This document shows, one piece after another, positions 1-9,530 of a stretch of 64,000 bases of DNA. How positions within the stretch are numbered: the first letter of the stretch is position 1; the number at the start of each line of letters is the position of its first letter. The DNA lies in the NCBI GenBank assembly GCA_900019385.1, contig FIZJ01000003.1:42744-106743 (forward strand). The letters are read 5' to 3'. The notes under the pieces were generated by a model, which saw only the letters and a list, made by a program, of their open reading frames with translations, searched no databases and was not told the origin of the DNA. Position numbers and translations under genes: made by a program. Origin of the DNA: an uncultured Clostridia bacterium. Lineage in GTDB: Bacteria > Bacillota > Limnochordia > Darwinibacteriales > DTU012.

Positions 1-957
1 TGCTACCCAAAGGTTGAGCCCATTCTCCAGGGAAGTGTCTTCTCTGATTCTACCAACCCAGACTAAATCCTGGCCCGATGTGTCAAGCGGCATTGGATAG
101 ATTTGGGCATCCAAGTCGTCGACCAGTTTAATGCCTGGAGCTGCTGCAAACAGGCGCCGGCACTCCTCGGCGGTCAGCTTACGATTTGTTTCCACATTGA
201 TGGACTCGCAGTGGGAGCGCATCACAGGTACCCTTACAGTCGTGGCTGTAATCCTCATGGAAGAATCGGCGAAAATTTTCTGTGTTTCATGGATCGTTTT
301 CCATTCTTCTTTAGTATAGCCCTGCTGCACGGGGACATCCACCTGCGGGATTACATTGAACAAGATCGGATAGTGCTTCGGCAGCCCTTTGACTGGAAGC
401 ACCTGGGCCTCGATGGCTTCACCCCTGACATAGGCTTCGGCTTGGGCCTGCAGTTCTTCCATGGCCGCGTTCCCGGCGCCGGAAACAGCCTGATAGGTAC
501 TGACCACGACTCGGCGGATGCCTGCGTTGTCATAGATGGGTTTCAAAGCCACGCACATAATGATTGTCGAGCAGTTGGGATTGGCGATGATTCCCTCGTG
601 ACCTTTGACCGCTTCCATGTTCACTTCCGGCACTATCAGCGGAACCTTGGGGTCCATGCGAAACGCGCTGGAGTTGTCGATCACTGTGCATCCGGCAGCG
701 ACCGCCACCGGCACCCACTCCTTGCTTGCCTCGCCTCCGGCAGTGAAGAACGCTAAGTCGACACCTTTGAAATGAGCGGCCGACACAGCCTCGACAGTGA
801 CCTCCACACCGTTAAACAAAATTTTCGTTCCCGCTGACCGGGGCGACGCCAACAGCTTCAGCGACTTGACGGGAAACGACCGTTCCTCAAGAATTCCGAG
901 CAGTTCCCGGCCGACAGCCCCAGTGGCCCCCACAACCGCAACGTTTACTGCTCCCAC
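1..957 (-). CDS. asd: aspartate-semialdehyde dehydrogenase (3' end runs off the window)
   Basis: Not in the ORF track because it has no stop in the window. Manual translation from GTG 957 gives MGAVNVAVVGATGAVGREL... and reaches ...LENGLNLWVA at position 1. RBS AGGAGGG at 966-972. Follows spoVFB as in the spoVF-asd operon. Confidence 0.93.
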   Translation of the reverse strand, partial: MGAVNVAVVGATGAVGRELLGILEERSFPVKSLKLLASPRSAGTKILFNGVEVTVEAVSAAHFKGVDLAFFTAGGEASKEWVPVAVAAGCTVIDNSSAFRMDPKVPLIVPEVNMEAVKGHEGIIANPNCSTIIMCVALKPIYDNAGIRRVVVSTYQAVSGAGNAAMEELQAQAEAYVRGEAIEAQVLPVKGLPKHYPILFNVIPQVDVPVQQGYTKEEWKTIHETQKIFADSSMRITATTVRVPVMRSHCESINVETNRKLTAEECRRLFAAAPGIKLVDDLDAQIYPMPLDTSGQDLVWVGRIREDTSLENGLNLWVA

Positions 958-970
958 TGTTCATTCCCTC

Positions 971-1573
971 CTACTTGGCATGCCTCACTGTTCTTTCAAT
1001 GAGAATCGGCTGCAGTTGCCGGTAAGAAACCGCAGCCGCGATTGCCGGTATGAGCAGATTCATGTCTGCCACAAGCGAATTAGGTTTTTCTTCCGGATTA
1101 TCCTGGCCAAAAGGCACAAAAAAGATATTGCGTGTGTTCAAAAGCACTCCAATGTTCTTGGCGTTCATTCCCAGGCCGTCGTTGGTCGATATGGCCAAAA
1201 CCAAAGGCCTGCCGTTGCGCAAAACAGCTTTGGCGGCCATGGTAACCGCTGTGTCGGTAATGGCGTTCGCCAGCTTGGCTGCGGTATTGCCGCTGCACGG
1301 GGCAATCACCATCAAATCCAGCAGTTTTCGCGGGCCAATCGGTTCTGCGTCCACAAGATCTATTATAGCAGTTTTACCGGTCAACTGCTCAAATTTCTTG
1401 ATCATCTCTTCGCCCCGGCCGAAGCGTGTGTCAGTGAATGCAGCGGCCTTGGAAGCGATCGGATAGATATCGGCACCAAGCGAGGCCAGCCTCTCAATCT
1501 GGGGCCACACTTCCTGGTAAGTGCAGTGGCTGCCGGTTATGGCAAAGCCAATCCTAAGGCCTTCAAGTTCCAT
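971..1573 (-). CDS. spoVFB: dipicolinate synthase subunit B
   Basis: MELEGLRIGFAITGSHCT, APCSGNT, STNDGLG and FVPFGQD motifs; start reassigned to ATG 1573. Confidence 0.95.
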   Translation of the reverse strand: MELEGLRIGFAITGSHCTYQEVWPQIERLASLGADIYPIASKAAAFTDTRFGRGEEMIKKFEQLTGKTAIIDLVDAEPIGPRKLLDLMVIAPCSGNTAAKLANAITDTAVTMAAKAVLRNGRPLVLAISTNDGLGMNAKNIGVLLNTRNIFFVPFGQDNPEEKPNSLVADMNLLIPAIAAAVSYRQLQPILIERTVRHAK

Positions 1574-2465
1574 GCTCTCCGCCTCCCATAAGTTCTTGCA
1601 GCAGTGGAGGAATGCATTCGGAGAGGATCTTCCCGGCTGTAACCGGCGCAACTTTACCAGGGAGCGACAGGGCTAGGATCGCTTTGATACCGAGTCTTTC
1701 GGCGGCAGTGAAATCCACTCCGCCTGGAGCTGCCGCCAAATCAATGATCACGGTGGAAGGCTTGAGGCACCTGAGGTAGCTCTCAGTAAGCACCAAGGCC
1801 GGCACCGTGTTGTAGACGAGATCGAAGTCCACAGCCGAATCCAACTGCGAGAACAACACCGGGGCCATCCCCATCTCAATCGCCCTGGCCAAACGGGCTT
1901 TGTTTCGGTCGACAACTGTGACATTGGCTCCCAATGCCGCAAGTTTCCCGGCCAGAGTCTGGCCGCAGCGTCCAAAACCCACCACCAGGCAGCGGGAGCC
2001 GTGGATGGTAATCGGCAGTTCTTCCATCCCCAGCTGGATGGCACCTTCGGCTGTGGAAATGGAATTCAATATGGCTATTTCATCGATATCAGCAGTCTCT
2101 ATCAACCGCAAGCCGCACTGCTCGGCCAACCTGGCGATTACCGGTTTGGCAACACCTATCAAAACTGCCGTTCCTGGAGCAAGAGCCGGCAAGACGGCCG
2201 TAAGATCAATCGGCTCCAGATTATCCAAGCGGGTGAAAATCCTGCCCTCAAGATCGGTGTTGGCTATAGGGGCAATCAGTACCTTGATCCCATCCACTGC
2301 CGCGAAGGGATCGGAAAAATGCCGGGCAGCCCTCAGATACGGCTCGGGAGGGTAACCAACAAGCCTCAGATCCACTTTCAGTTCCAAAAGCGTCTTGGCC
2401 AGTTCCAGTTCACGCCGATCGCCGCCCAGCATTGCCGCGGGCAGCCCGCTCAGCTTGCTGTCCAT
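1563..2465 (-). CDS. spoVFA: dipicolinate synthase subunit A
   Basis: GGDRRE, NSISTAEGAI, GFGRCG, DLAAAPGGVDF and LPGKVAP motifs; overlaps spoVFB. Confidence 0.95.
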   Translation of the reverse strand: MDSKLSGLPAAMLGGDRRELELAKTLLELKVDLRLVGYPPEPYLRAARHFSDPFAAVDGIKVLIAPIANTDLEGRIFTRLDNLEPIDLTAVLPALAPGTAVLIGVAKPVIARLAEQCGLRLIETADIDEIAILNSISTAEGAIQLGMEELPITIHGSRCLVVGFGRCGQTLAGKLAALGANVTVVDRNKARLARAIEMGMAPVLFSQLDSAVDFDLVYNTVPALVLTESYLRCLKPSTVIIDLAAAPGGVDFTAAERLGIKAILALSLPGKVAPVTAGKILSECIPPLLQELMGGGEHGT

Positions 2466-2498
2466 ATAAACAACCTCCTCCCCAATGCACTCATGGTT

Positions 2499-2527
2499 TA
2501 GTATATGAGCCGGGTAGGAGGTCTGTG
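2499..2527 (-). promoter_or_regulatory. sigma-K-type promoter of spoVFA
   Basis: Minus strand cACA-N16-CATATACTA matches the sigma-K consensus; spoVF is sigma-K controlled in B. subtilis. Confidence 0.65.
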
Positions 2528-2541
2528 AACCAGGCGCGGGC

Positions 2542-3321
2542 TTACCACAGGAGCTGTTCTAGTCCGTAAATCACACCAGTGAGTGTGTCGATCTTGCGGA
2601 TCGCCAGAATCACACCGGGCATGAAGCTCTCGCGGTGAGTGGAATCATGCTTGATGGTCAACAGCTGCCCTGGAGAACTGAAAATGACCTCTTGATGGGC
2701 AACATAACCCGGCAGGCGCAGACTGTGAATGTGAACGCCGCCGCTTTTGGCGCCCCTGGCCCCGGCCAGGATTTCGCCATGTTCTGGGGCGTCCGGCTGG
2801 ATCCCGTTGAATACCTGGTTGATCATTTCCGCAGTCTTGATGGCCGTACCACTCGGCGCATCCTTTTTCTGCCGATGGTGATATTCAATTATTTCCACAT
2901 TGGCAAAATACTTGGCCGCCTCCTGGGCAAACCGCATCATCAGAAGAGCGCCAATGGCAAAATTGGGAGCAATCAGCACCGCCCAGTCATCCCTGTTGAC
3001 AATGGCCTTAAGTGCGTCAACCTGCTCGGCGGTGATTCCTGTCGTCCCAACAACCATGCGCACTCCCTTGTCCATGCAGAGTCTTATGTTGTCCATCACC
3101 GCGCTTGGAACAGTAAAGTCAACCACAACATCGGGGTTGGCGGCGTTGACGGCCTCTTCCAGCTCGGAATAGAAGTCGAGCCCTTCATAGGAATTGCGGG
3201 ACATCGTACTTATTGCCGGATCAACACCGGCCACCACCTGCATGTCCGGTTCTCGGCTGACTGCCTTAATCACTTCGCTTCCCATTTTGCCCAATGCTCC
3301 GTTTACTATCACCCGCTTCAT
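2542..3321 (-). CDS. dapB: 4-hydroxy-tetrahydrodipicolinate reductase
   Basis: GALGKMG, VVGTTG, APNFAIG and EYHHRQKKDAPSGTA motifs. Confidence 0.96.
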   Translation of the reverse strand: MKRVIVNGALGKMGSEVIKAVSREPDMQVVAGVDPAISTMSRNSYEGLDFYSELEEAVNAANPDVVVDFTVPSAVMDNIRLCMDKGVRMVVGTTGITAEQVDALKAIVNRDDWAVLIAPNFAIGALLMMRFAQEAAKYFANVEIIEYHHRQKKDAPSGTAIKTAEMINQVFNGIQPDAPEHGEILAGARGAKSGGVHIHSLRLPGYVAHQEVIFSSPGQLLTIKHDSTHRESFMPGVILAIRKIDTLTGVIYGLEQLLW

Positions 3322-3388
3322 TTCCTGCCTCCACCTCGTCGGAAATGATCAATTTTTCTGGATCGGCTTCTGAAAATCCTGCAGACAA

Positions 3389-3420
3389 GAAAAAGAGACT
3401 GGCTTCACAGTCTCTTTTTC
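3389..3420. terminator. intrinsic terminator hairpin
   Basis: GAAAAAGAGACTG-gcttca-CAGTCTCTTTTTC perfect inverted repeat just after the 3427 stop codon. Confidence 0.75.
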
Positions 3421-3426
3421 TATGCT

Positions 3427-3936
3427 TCAGTTGTTCTCGCCGCCGTGGGTTTCCACGTCTTGCGCTCCGTTGCGGCGCAGGATCTCACTGGCTTCGTTGA
3501 CTTTCTCGTCACTGGTCTCAATCACGGCGAGAATCCCGCCTGCCTTCAACTTGTTCTCATATTCCCGGCCCCTATCCTCAGGGATGCCCAAGTCAATCAG
3601 CCCACCGGCGACTCCACCGGTCACAGCTCCTGAAAGGGCTCCTGCCAAAGGGCCGGCGGCGACGATTGGGCCGATGCCCGGTATTGCCAAAGCTCCGACG
3701 CCAGCCAGGATCCCGGCCAAGCCGCCCAGCGCACCACCCCACGCTGTGCCGTCAGCAATATTCTCATTGGTGCCGAAATCTCCCCCGACTTCCATGTCAC
3801 CCTTCTTGGTCTTGGTCTTGCCCTGATCCTTGGCGATGATGGAGATTTCGTTCTCCGTAAACCCTTTGTCCCGAAGTGCCTTCACTGCCTTTTCGGCGGC
3901 TTCGGTTTGATTGAATACCCCTATTACTGTGGACAA
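3427..3936 (-). CDS. general stress protein (YflT-like N-terminus plus glycine-zipper membrane region)
   Basis: VIGVFNQTEAAEKAVKALRDKGF and GGALGGLAGILAGVGALAIPGIGPIVAAGP; TTG start after a GGGGG RBS. Confidence 0.75.
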   Translation of the reverse strand: MSTVIGVFNQTEAAEKAVKALRDKGFTENEISIIAKDQGKTKTKKGDMEVGGDFGTNENIADGTAWGGALGGLAGILAGVGALAIPGIGPIVAAGPLAGALSGAVTGGVAGGLIDLGIPEDRGREYENKLKAGGILAVIETSDEKVNEASEILRRNGAQDVETHGGENN

Positions 3937-3975
3937 CTGACAAATCCCCCTTTCCTGAAATGGGTACACCGTTAT

Positions 3976-4008
3976 TCTACCCAAGGGAAAGGGCAAATTA
4001 TTCTAAAT
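3976..4008 (-). promoter_or_regulatory. possible sigma-F/G-type promoter
   Basis: GAATA-N16-GGGTAGAATA upstream of the stress-protein gene. Confidence 0.35.
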
Positions 4009-4282
4009 CCAGCCTGCGGACGATATCCTCATAATCCTGTGCCTTGGCCAAATCGACAATGATCAGGTCCCGGCCGATCTTCTTGATACCCTGCCAGGGA
4101 ATGACGATTATTCTCTTGTGAAACCAGCTTCTGCCGTAGGGAATGATGATCGAATCCACCATTCCAGATTCGGTGTTGATAATCAAGTCAGTATCATTGA
4201 CAACACCCAAGCGAATGCCCTCTTCAAAACAGACGATCTCCTTGCCGGCCAAGTCAGAATACCGCACACCAACCAGCTCCAA
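3998..4282 (-). CDS. ylmC: YlmC/YmxH family PRC-barrel sporulation protein
   Basis: RYSDLAGKEIV...G.RLG...IPWQGIKKIGRDLIIVD pattern. Confidence 0.85.
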   Translation of the reverse strand: MELVGVRYSDLAGKEIVCFEEGIRLGVVNDTDLIINTESGMVDSIIIPYGRSWFHKRIIVIPWQGIKKIGRDLIIVDLAKAQDYEDIVRRLDLE

Positions 4283-4444
4283 ATCATCAAGACTCTGCGC
4301 ACTGCTATTCTATGCAGCCCATGCATTATGATGAACCATCCAGCAATCGCCTTGACACCCATGTTTTGCTCTTTGTGCTGTGGCTGCTGCCTGTGCTACT
4401 ATACTGATAGCTGTTATTATCAACATCCAGAGAGGAGGGCGCCT

Positions 4445-5506
4445 GTGAATCAGAATATTTTGATCCCCGTACTCACACTGCTGTTTTACCTGACTTCCGT
4501 CCTCGGGGGCGGCCAAGCCCCTCTGGATCCGAGCCTTGCGCCGCAAACGCCGTCAAGGCTGCACGACAAATCAGTGTTGGGCTATTATGTCATGGATTCT
4601 GCTTCATACAACAGTTTGATTCAAAACAGCAATCATCTCACGGGAGTTGCTCCATGGAGCTGGGGCTTGGATAGCTACGGGAACCTTAACGCTGATTTTG
4701 ACCCGGAGATGCTGGGACAAGTGCTGAAATTCGCCGGCACTCGCAAGATTGAGACTTATGCCTTGATCCACAACATGTTCAACGGCCGCTTTGACCAAAG
4801 AGTCGTCAAAGCGCTGCTGGACAGCGAGATCGCCCGGGCCAGAGCCATAAGCCAAATCCGATCGGCAGCGGCCGAGTGGGGGCTGACCGGTATAAATCTG
4901 GATCTGGAAAGTGTTCCCCCGTCACACCGGCAGGCTCTCACCGATTTTGTCGCCGAACTCAGCAGCGCGCTGAGGGAGGATGGTGTCAAAGTCACCATGG
5001 CTGTTCCCGCCAAGACCGCGGATAATCCACAGCACGGCCATTCCGGCGCCTATGATTACCAAGGACTGGGCAAGCATGTCGATCAATTAGTGATCATGGC
5101 CTACGACCAGCACTACCGCACCGGCCCCGCCGGCCCGGTCGCCGCGGCCGACTGGGTGGAAGCGGTGGTAAAGTACGCTGTCAGCCAGGTTCCAGCCGGC
5201 AAAATAGTGCTGGGCATACCCAACTACGGCTACGACTGGCCGCAAGCCGGGACCGCAAATGCCCTGACCTATGAGCAAACCATGCAGCTGGCAGCCCGGG
5301 AAGGGGCAAGCCTCAAATGGCACAACCAGTACAAAGTCCCCTATTTCACCTACGGCAGCGGCCGTCAGGTATGGTTTGAAAACCGCTACAGCATCAAATA
5401 CAAGCTGGAACTGGTAAAACAGTACAACCTGAACGGCATTGCCCTTTGGCGCCTTGGGCAAGAAGACCCGGGCATTTGGAATGTGATAAACAATACCTTT
5501 TCTTGA
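4445..5506 (+). CDS. glycoside hydrolase family 18 protein, spore-associated type, with N-terminal signal/anchor
   Basis: GINLDLE catalytic motif, IMAYDQH, LGIPNYGYDW, VWFEN and ALWRLGQED; GTG start after AGGAGG. Confidence 0.85.
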   Translation: MNQNILIPVLTLLFYLTSVLGGGQAPLDPSLAPQTPSRLHDKSVLGYYVMDSASYNSLIQNSNHLTGVAPWSWGLDSYGNLNADFDPEMLGQVLKFAGTRKIETYALIHNMFNGRFDQRVVKALLDSEIARARAISQIRSAAAEWGLTGINLDLESVPPSHRQALTDFVAELSSALREDGVKVTMAVPAKTADNPQHGHSGAYDYQGLGKHVDQLVIMAYDQHYRTGPAGPVAAADWVEAVVKYAVSQVPAGKIVLGIPNYGYDWPQAGTANALTYEQTMQLAAREGASLKWHNQYKVPYFTYGSGRQVWFENRYSIKYKLELVKQYNLNGIALWRLGQEDPGIWNVINNTFS

Positions 5507-5515
5507 GGCGCAAAC

Positions 5516-5545
5516 AAAAGGAGTCCCTTTGATGGGGCTCCTTTT
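5516..5545. terminator. bidirectional terminator between convergent genes
   Basis: AAAAGGAGTCCC-tttgat-GGGGCTCCTTTT. Confidence 0.7.
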
Positions 5546-6537
5546 CATTGGTTGAGTATCTGGGAGACCGGCACAATACTGTAACCTCTTTTCTGGAGCT
5601 GTTCGATGATCAGAGGTAAAGCCTGCAGTGTGGGCTCGGTGGGATGCATCAGCACCAAAGCACCGTTTTGGATGCGGGTTACTACGCGATCGATAATGAC
5701 AGTAGGAGCGGGGCGCTGCCAATCCACGGTATCGATGGTCCATAGAATGGTCTTATAGCCCAGTTCCGCCGCGACCGCCACCGTCTGCTTGTTGAAATCC
5801 CCTGCGGGAGGGGCGAACAGCATTGGTTTCTGCCCAGTGATATCCATGATTTTGTCTTCTCCTGTCAAAATCAAGTCCTGTATCTGCTCCCGGGTCATTT
5901 CGCTGGGCAGGGCATGCCAGCCACCGTGGTTGCCGATCTCATGCCCATCCATGGCAATCGCCGCCGCCAAATCTGGGTATTTTTCCGCCCAAGTTCCCGT
6001 CAAGAACCAGGTTGTAACCACGTTATACCGCCTAAATACTTCCAGCATCTCCGGAATCACTTCATTCCCCCAATCGACGTTGATCATCAGGCTGACAAGG
6101 GGCTGGTCCGCCGGGCCGCGGTAATAAGGTGTGAAATTGGCCTGGGTTATTGACGGCAGCACCGGGACAGCCACCAAATCCAGCAGCGCATCGGCCGAAG
6201 CTTTCATGACCAAGTCGATGGTGGCGTTGATGTCGATCACCTGCCCTACTTGTTCCGGGCTGATCAGCCCGTTCTGCCAATCATAGCTGGCGTTTCTAGC
6301 TTCGACAGTGGCGGCGGCGCTCAGTTTTAGGATGGTGTCATACAGCTCGCTGCGAAGCATGCCGCCCACATCATGCCCGGCCAGCTTCACTCCAGGCTTG
6401 ACACCGTAGACCCGGCGGATGATCATATTGGACACAGCCATGCCCAAGAGCAAGAACAGGATCGCCGCCAAGGCAATGCCCACAAGCCTTAGCTTTCTTC
6501 TGGTCACAACCAGAGAGAACCAAAATCCCTGCGCCAC
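5545..6537 (-). CDS. membrane-anchored polysaccharide deacetylase (YlxY-like)
   Basis: N-terminal TM helix; LMINVDWG, HEIGNHG, FAPPAG, WTIDTVDW and LMHP NodB motifs. Confidence 0.85.
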   Translation of the reverse strand: MAQGFWFSLVVTRRKLRLVGIALAAILFLLLGMAVSNMIIRRVYGVKPGVKLAGHDVGGMLRSELYDTILKLSAAATVEARNASYDWQNGLISPEQVGQVIDINATIDLVMKASADALLDLVAVPVLPSITQANFTPYYRGPADQPLVSLMINVDWGNEVIPEMLEVFRRYNVVTTWFLTGTWAEKYPDLAAAIAMDGHEIGNHGGWHALPSEMTREQIQDLILTGEDKIMDITGQKPMLFAPPAGDFNKQTVAVAAELGYKTILWTIDTVDWQRPAPTVIIDRVVTRIQNGALVLMHPTEPTLQALPLIIEQLQKRGYSIVPVSQILNQ

Positions 6538-6540
6538 AGC

Positions 6541-7320
6541 CTACTCTCCTTTCCGCAAGTGTTGAATCCCATTACTGTCGATATAATAATTCTCCCGGTA
6601 GATCAGCTCACTTACTGGGACAATCTCATATCCCTGGGCTATCAATTCCGGAAGGATGCGCCGTAAAGCCCGGGGCGTTTCCTTGGCAGCGTTGTGGAAC
6701 AGAACTATGGCGCCTGGCTGTGCCTGGCTGATCACCCTCTGGTAGATCTGGTCGGCGGTAGTATTTTTCCAATCGAGGGAATCGATGGACCATTGGATGG
6801 TGTAGTACCCCAGCGAATCCGCCGCTTTGATCACTGTGTTGTTGTACTCGCCGAAAGGCGGCCTGAACAAGAATGGATCTTGTCCAGTCAGCTCTCTAAT
6901 CATGGCATGATTCCGCTCCAACTCGTTGACGACTGCATCAAACGCAAGGCTGTTCATATGCGGATGAGAGTAACTGTGGTTGCCGATTTCATGGCCTTCT
7001 TCCGCTATGCGGATCACGTAATGAGGATACTTGTCGACCCAATAGCCCGCCAAGAAAAAGGTAGTTTTGACCTCGTGCTCTCTAAGAATGGCGAGAATCT
7101 CTTCTGTCAAATCCGTCCCCCAGGTGGCGTCGAAGGATACAGCAATCTTTTTGGCAGGGGTATCAACTGCGTAAATAGGTACCAACCGGTTGGATACTGC
7201 ATTGAATACCTGGATGATCATGGGTTGGATCCCTTCATGATAGACGCTGAAAGTCAAAAGCAGAAACACAGCCAAAAGCAGTACATGGGTGAAGTTGAGC
7301 TTGAGGACATAGACGCGCAT
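6541..7320 (-). CDS. pdaB: polysaccharide deacetylase, PdaB-like sporulation family
   Basis: SFDATWG, HEIGNHSYSHPHM, FRPPFGEY, WSIDSLDW and LFHN; ATG 7320 after GGAGG. Confidence 0.75.
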   Translation of the reverse strand: MRVYVLKLNFTHVLLLAVFLLLTFSVYHEGIQPMIIQVFNAVSNRLVPIYAVDTPAKKIAVSFDATWGTDLTEEILAILREHEVKTTFFLAGYWVDKYPHYVIRIAEEGHEIGNHSYSHPHMNSLAFDAVVNELERNHAMIRELTGQDPFLFRPPFGEYNNTVIKAADSLGYYTIQWSIDSLDWKNTTADQIYQRVISQAQPGAIVLFHNAAKETPRALRRILPELIAQGYEIVPVSELIYRENYYIDSNGIQHLRKGE

Positions 7321-7377
7321 CTTTGATCTCCTCCCCATGTATTCATATTCAAAAACGAAGAGGTAAATAACACGTAT

Positions 7378-9465
7378 TTACCTCTTGCAAGCACTGCTTT
7401 GATACCAAGCTTTCAGTCCGTGTTCAATTTCCTCCAGGCTTTCCAGGCGGGCCGGGCACGTCGGCAGCGACTGCAGAAAGTGCTTGCCATACCCCCGGTC
7501 CATCACCCTTCGATCGCAGATCAGGATCAACCCTCGGTCCGCTTGGGTGCGGATCAGGCGCCCGCAGCCCTGCCTAAATTTTAAAACTGCCTGAGGCAGG
7601 AAATAGTGCATGAACGGATTGATTCCATTAGCCTGCAGGTGCTCGCTGCGGGCGGCCACAATCGGCTCCGTTGGCACCCTGAAGGGGAGCTTCGTGATGA
7701 TCACTGCGGACAAGGCTTCCCCCGGCACATCCACTCCTTCCCAGAAACTGTCAGTGCCCAGAAGCACAGCACCCTCCTTTTCCCGGAAAAGATCGAGCAT
7801 TTCCGTGCGGGGCATCTCCCCCTGCATCAGAATCAGGAATCGCTGATCCAAACCACGCTTTTTCATCTGCTCCAAAGTCTTCTGGAGCATGGCGTATGAT
7901 GTAAACAAGACAAATGCCCGCCCACAGGTTATCTTAAGGATCGATTCCAGATGCTCCACCAATACAGGCACAAATTCCGCCTGATCCGGCAGGGGCATAT
8001 CTTTCGCCACTGCCAGGTACACTTGGTTTGCGTAATCGAAAGGGGATGCGTACACCGCGCTTTGAATATCCCACCGCTCTACTCGGTCGATACCAATGCC
8101 GCTGCGGAAATAGGCAAAATCACCTCCGACCGAAAGAGTGGCGCTGGTAAAGATCGCCGATTTCACCTGCAGCAATAGATGCTCTTTAAGCTGCTCACCC
8201 ACAAGAATCGGCGCCGCCTGCAGCAGGCAGCCCTGCTGCCTGGGCTGTCTTTTGACCCAGTAGACATAACTGCGGTCGCCGGCGTTCATGATAAACTCAA
8301 GATCAGCAATCACAGCTTCCACCCGCCTAAGGTGCGGCGCCAGCGTCTCTTGCTGCTCCGAATCAAGGAGAGCAGACAAGGCGCTCAGCTGACCCTTTAG
8401 CATAACCAAAGCTGTATGGAATCGATCATAACTTTCAAGAACCGGCAGCGTTTCCACTCCACCGTAAGGGATTGGAGCCGCTTCCTGCTCTGTTGAAGCC
8501 GAAAAGCACTCTGTTTCCATCACCTGGAAAAATCTAGCGGCGGCCTCATCGACAATCCTCAGCTGCGGCAAAAGCTGCCAGTCCAGGAGAGCAGCCCGTG
8601 CATCGTTCTCCGCATGCATAGGTTCAAGATTGATTTTCGCCCTGAGGCTTGCCAGAATCCCCCGGTTTTTCCCGTGGGAGCGGTACAAGAACCCGAGCAG
8701 CCTCCTGATCCTAAGCATGGAAAGCTGAACACTGAAATACTCGGTGGCGACATCTTCGATATGATGGGCTTCATCAACCACCACATGACTGTACAGGGGA
8801 AGCACAACCTGTTCCTGCCAGCCTACAACCTGGCGGATGGAAATATCCGCCAGCAGCAGGTGATGGTTGGCGATCACAATATCCGCAGTTTCAGCCAGGC
8901 GCTTGTTGATGAACACTGGGCATTGGTTGAAAAAACTGCATTTGCCCCTGCCGCACAAATCTGGCTCGGCTTGTACCTGTTCCTTGAGATCCGCCGGCAG
9001 CGCGTCAAATGATTTGGCAATCAGAGGCAGCGCCTCTTGAATGAGACACTGCTCCAGTTCGCGCAAGTCCCCGGCCGTGTCGCTATCAGGTTCCACCTGC
9101 TCTAAAAGCTCATTAAGCCGCAGCCAGCAGGGATAGTTGTTCCAGCCTTTGACCACCACGGCCTTGAATCTGCAGCCCAGTTTTTTCAGGATGGGGATGT
9201 CCTTCTCCAGCAGCTGTTCCTGCAGGTTGATTGTGTTGGTTGAAACTACAATCTTTTCCCCTGTGGCTCTGGCATAGCATACAGCCGGATACAGATACGC
9301 AAGGGACTTGCCGGTTCCAGTACCGGCTTCGATCAGGCCGATGTGCCCGTGGGTCAAGACTTGATAGACCAAGTCCGCCATCCGCCGCTGCTGTTCACGG
9401 TATTCATAGCCCTCCAATTGTGCCAAGGGGCCGCTGGGCAGAAAAAAAGCGCCGTCGTACTCCAC
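7378..9465 (-). CDS. DinG/YoaA-family ATP-dependent helicase
   Basis: EAGTGTGKS Walker A, Fe-S cysteines, DEAH, FTSATL, FWEGVD and QGCGRLIR; GTG start after GGAGGTG. Confidence 0.9.
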   Translation of the reverse strand: MEYDGAFFLPSGPLAQLEGYEYREQQRRMADLVYQVLTHGHIGLIEAGTGTGKSLAYLYPAVCYARATGEKIVVSTNTINLQEQLLEKDIPILKKLGCRFKAVVVKGWNNYPCWLRLNELLEQVEPDSDTAGDLRELEQCLIQEALPLIAKSFDALPADLKEQVQAEPDLCGRGKCSFFNQCPVFINKRLAETADIVIANHHLLLADISIRQVVGWQEQVVLPLYSHVVVDEAHHIEDVATEYFSVQLSMLRIRRLLGFLYRSHGKNRGILASLRAKINLEPMHAENDARAALLDWQLLPQLRIVDEAAARFFQVMETECFSASTEQEAAPIPYGGVETLPVLESYDRFHTALVMLKGQLSALSALLDSEQQETLAPHLRRVEAVIADLEFIMNAGDRSYVYWVKRQPRQQGCLLQAAPILVGEQLKEHLLLQVKSAIFTSATLSVGGDFAYFRSGIGIDRVERWDIQSAVYASPFDYANQVYLAVAKDMPLPDQAEFVPVLVEHLESILKITCGRAFVLFTSYAMLQKTLEQMKKRGLDQRFLILMQGEMPRTEMLDLFREKEGAVLLGTDSFWEGVDVPGEALSAVIITKLPFRVPTEPIVAARSEHLQANGINPFMHYFLPQAVLKFRQGCGRLIRTQADRGLILICDRRVMDRGYGKHFLQSLPTCPARLESLEEIEHGLKAWYQSSACKR

Positions 9466-9499
9466 CCTACTCACCTCCAGCAACAGGAGTGAGTAAATA

Positions 9500-9526
9500 A
9501 TTCTCCGCGGCGGTGAAGATACCTGC
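9500..9526 (-). promoter_or_regulatory. sigma-H-type promoter upstream of the helicase
   Basis: gcAGGTAT-N15-GAATta. Confidence 0.5.
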
Positions 9527-9530
9527 AATT

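Noticed and set aside
103..1591. Long plus-strand ORFs (103-756, 797-1591) and the many similar antisense ORFs across the window
   Set aside because: Shadow frames of well-supported genes in GC-rich coding DNA; no recognisable motifs
7378..9465. DinG helicase as a type IV CRISPR or defence component
   Set aside because: No cas genes, repeat-spacer array or defence genes nearby; the context is housekeeping
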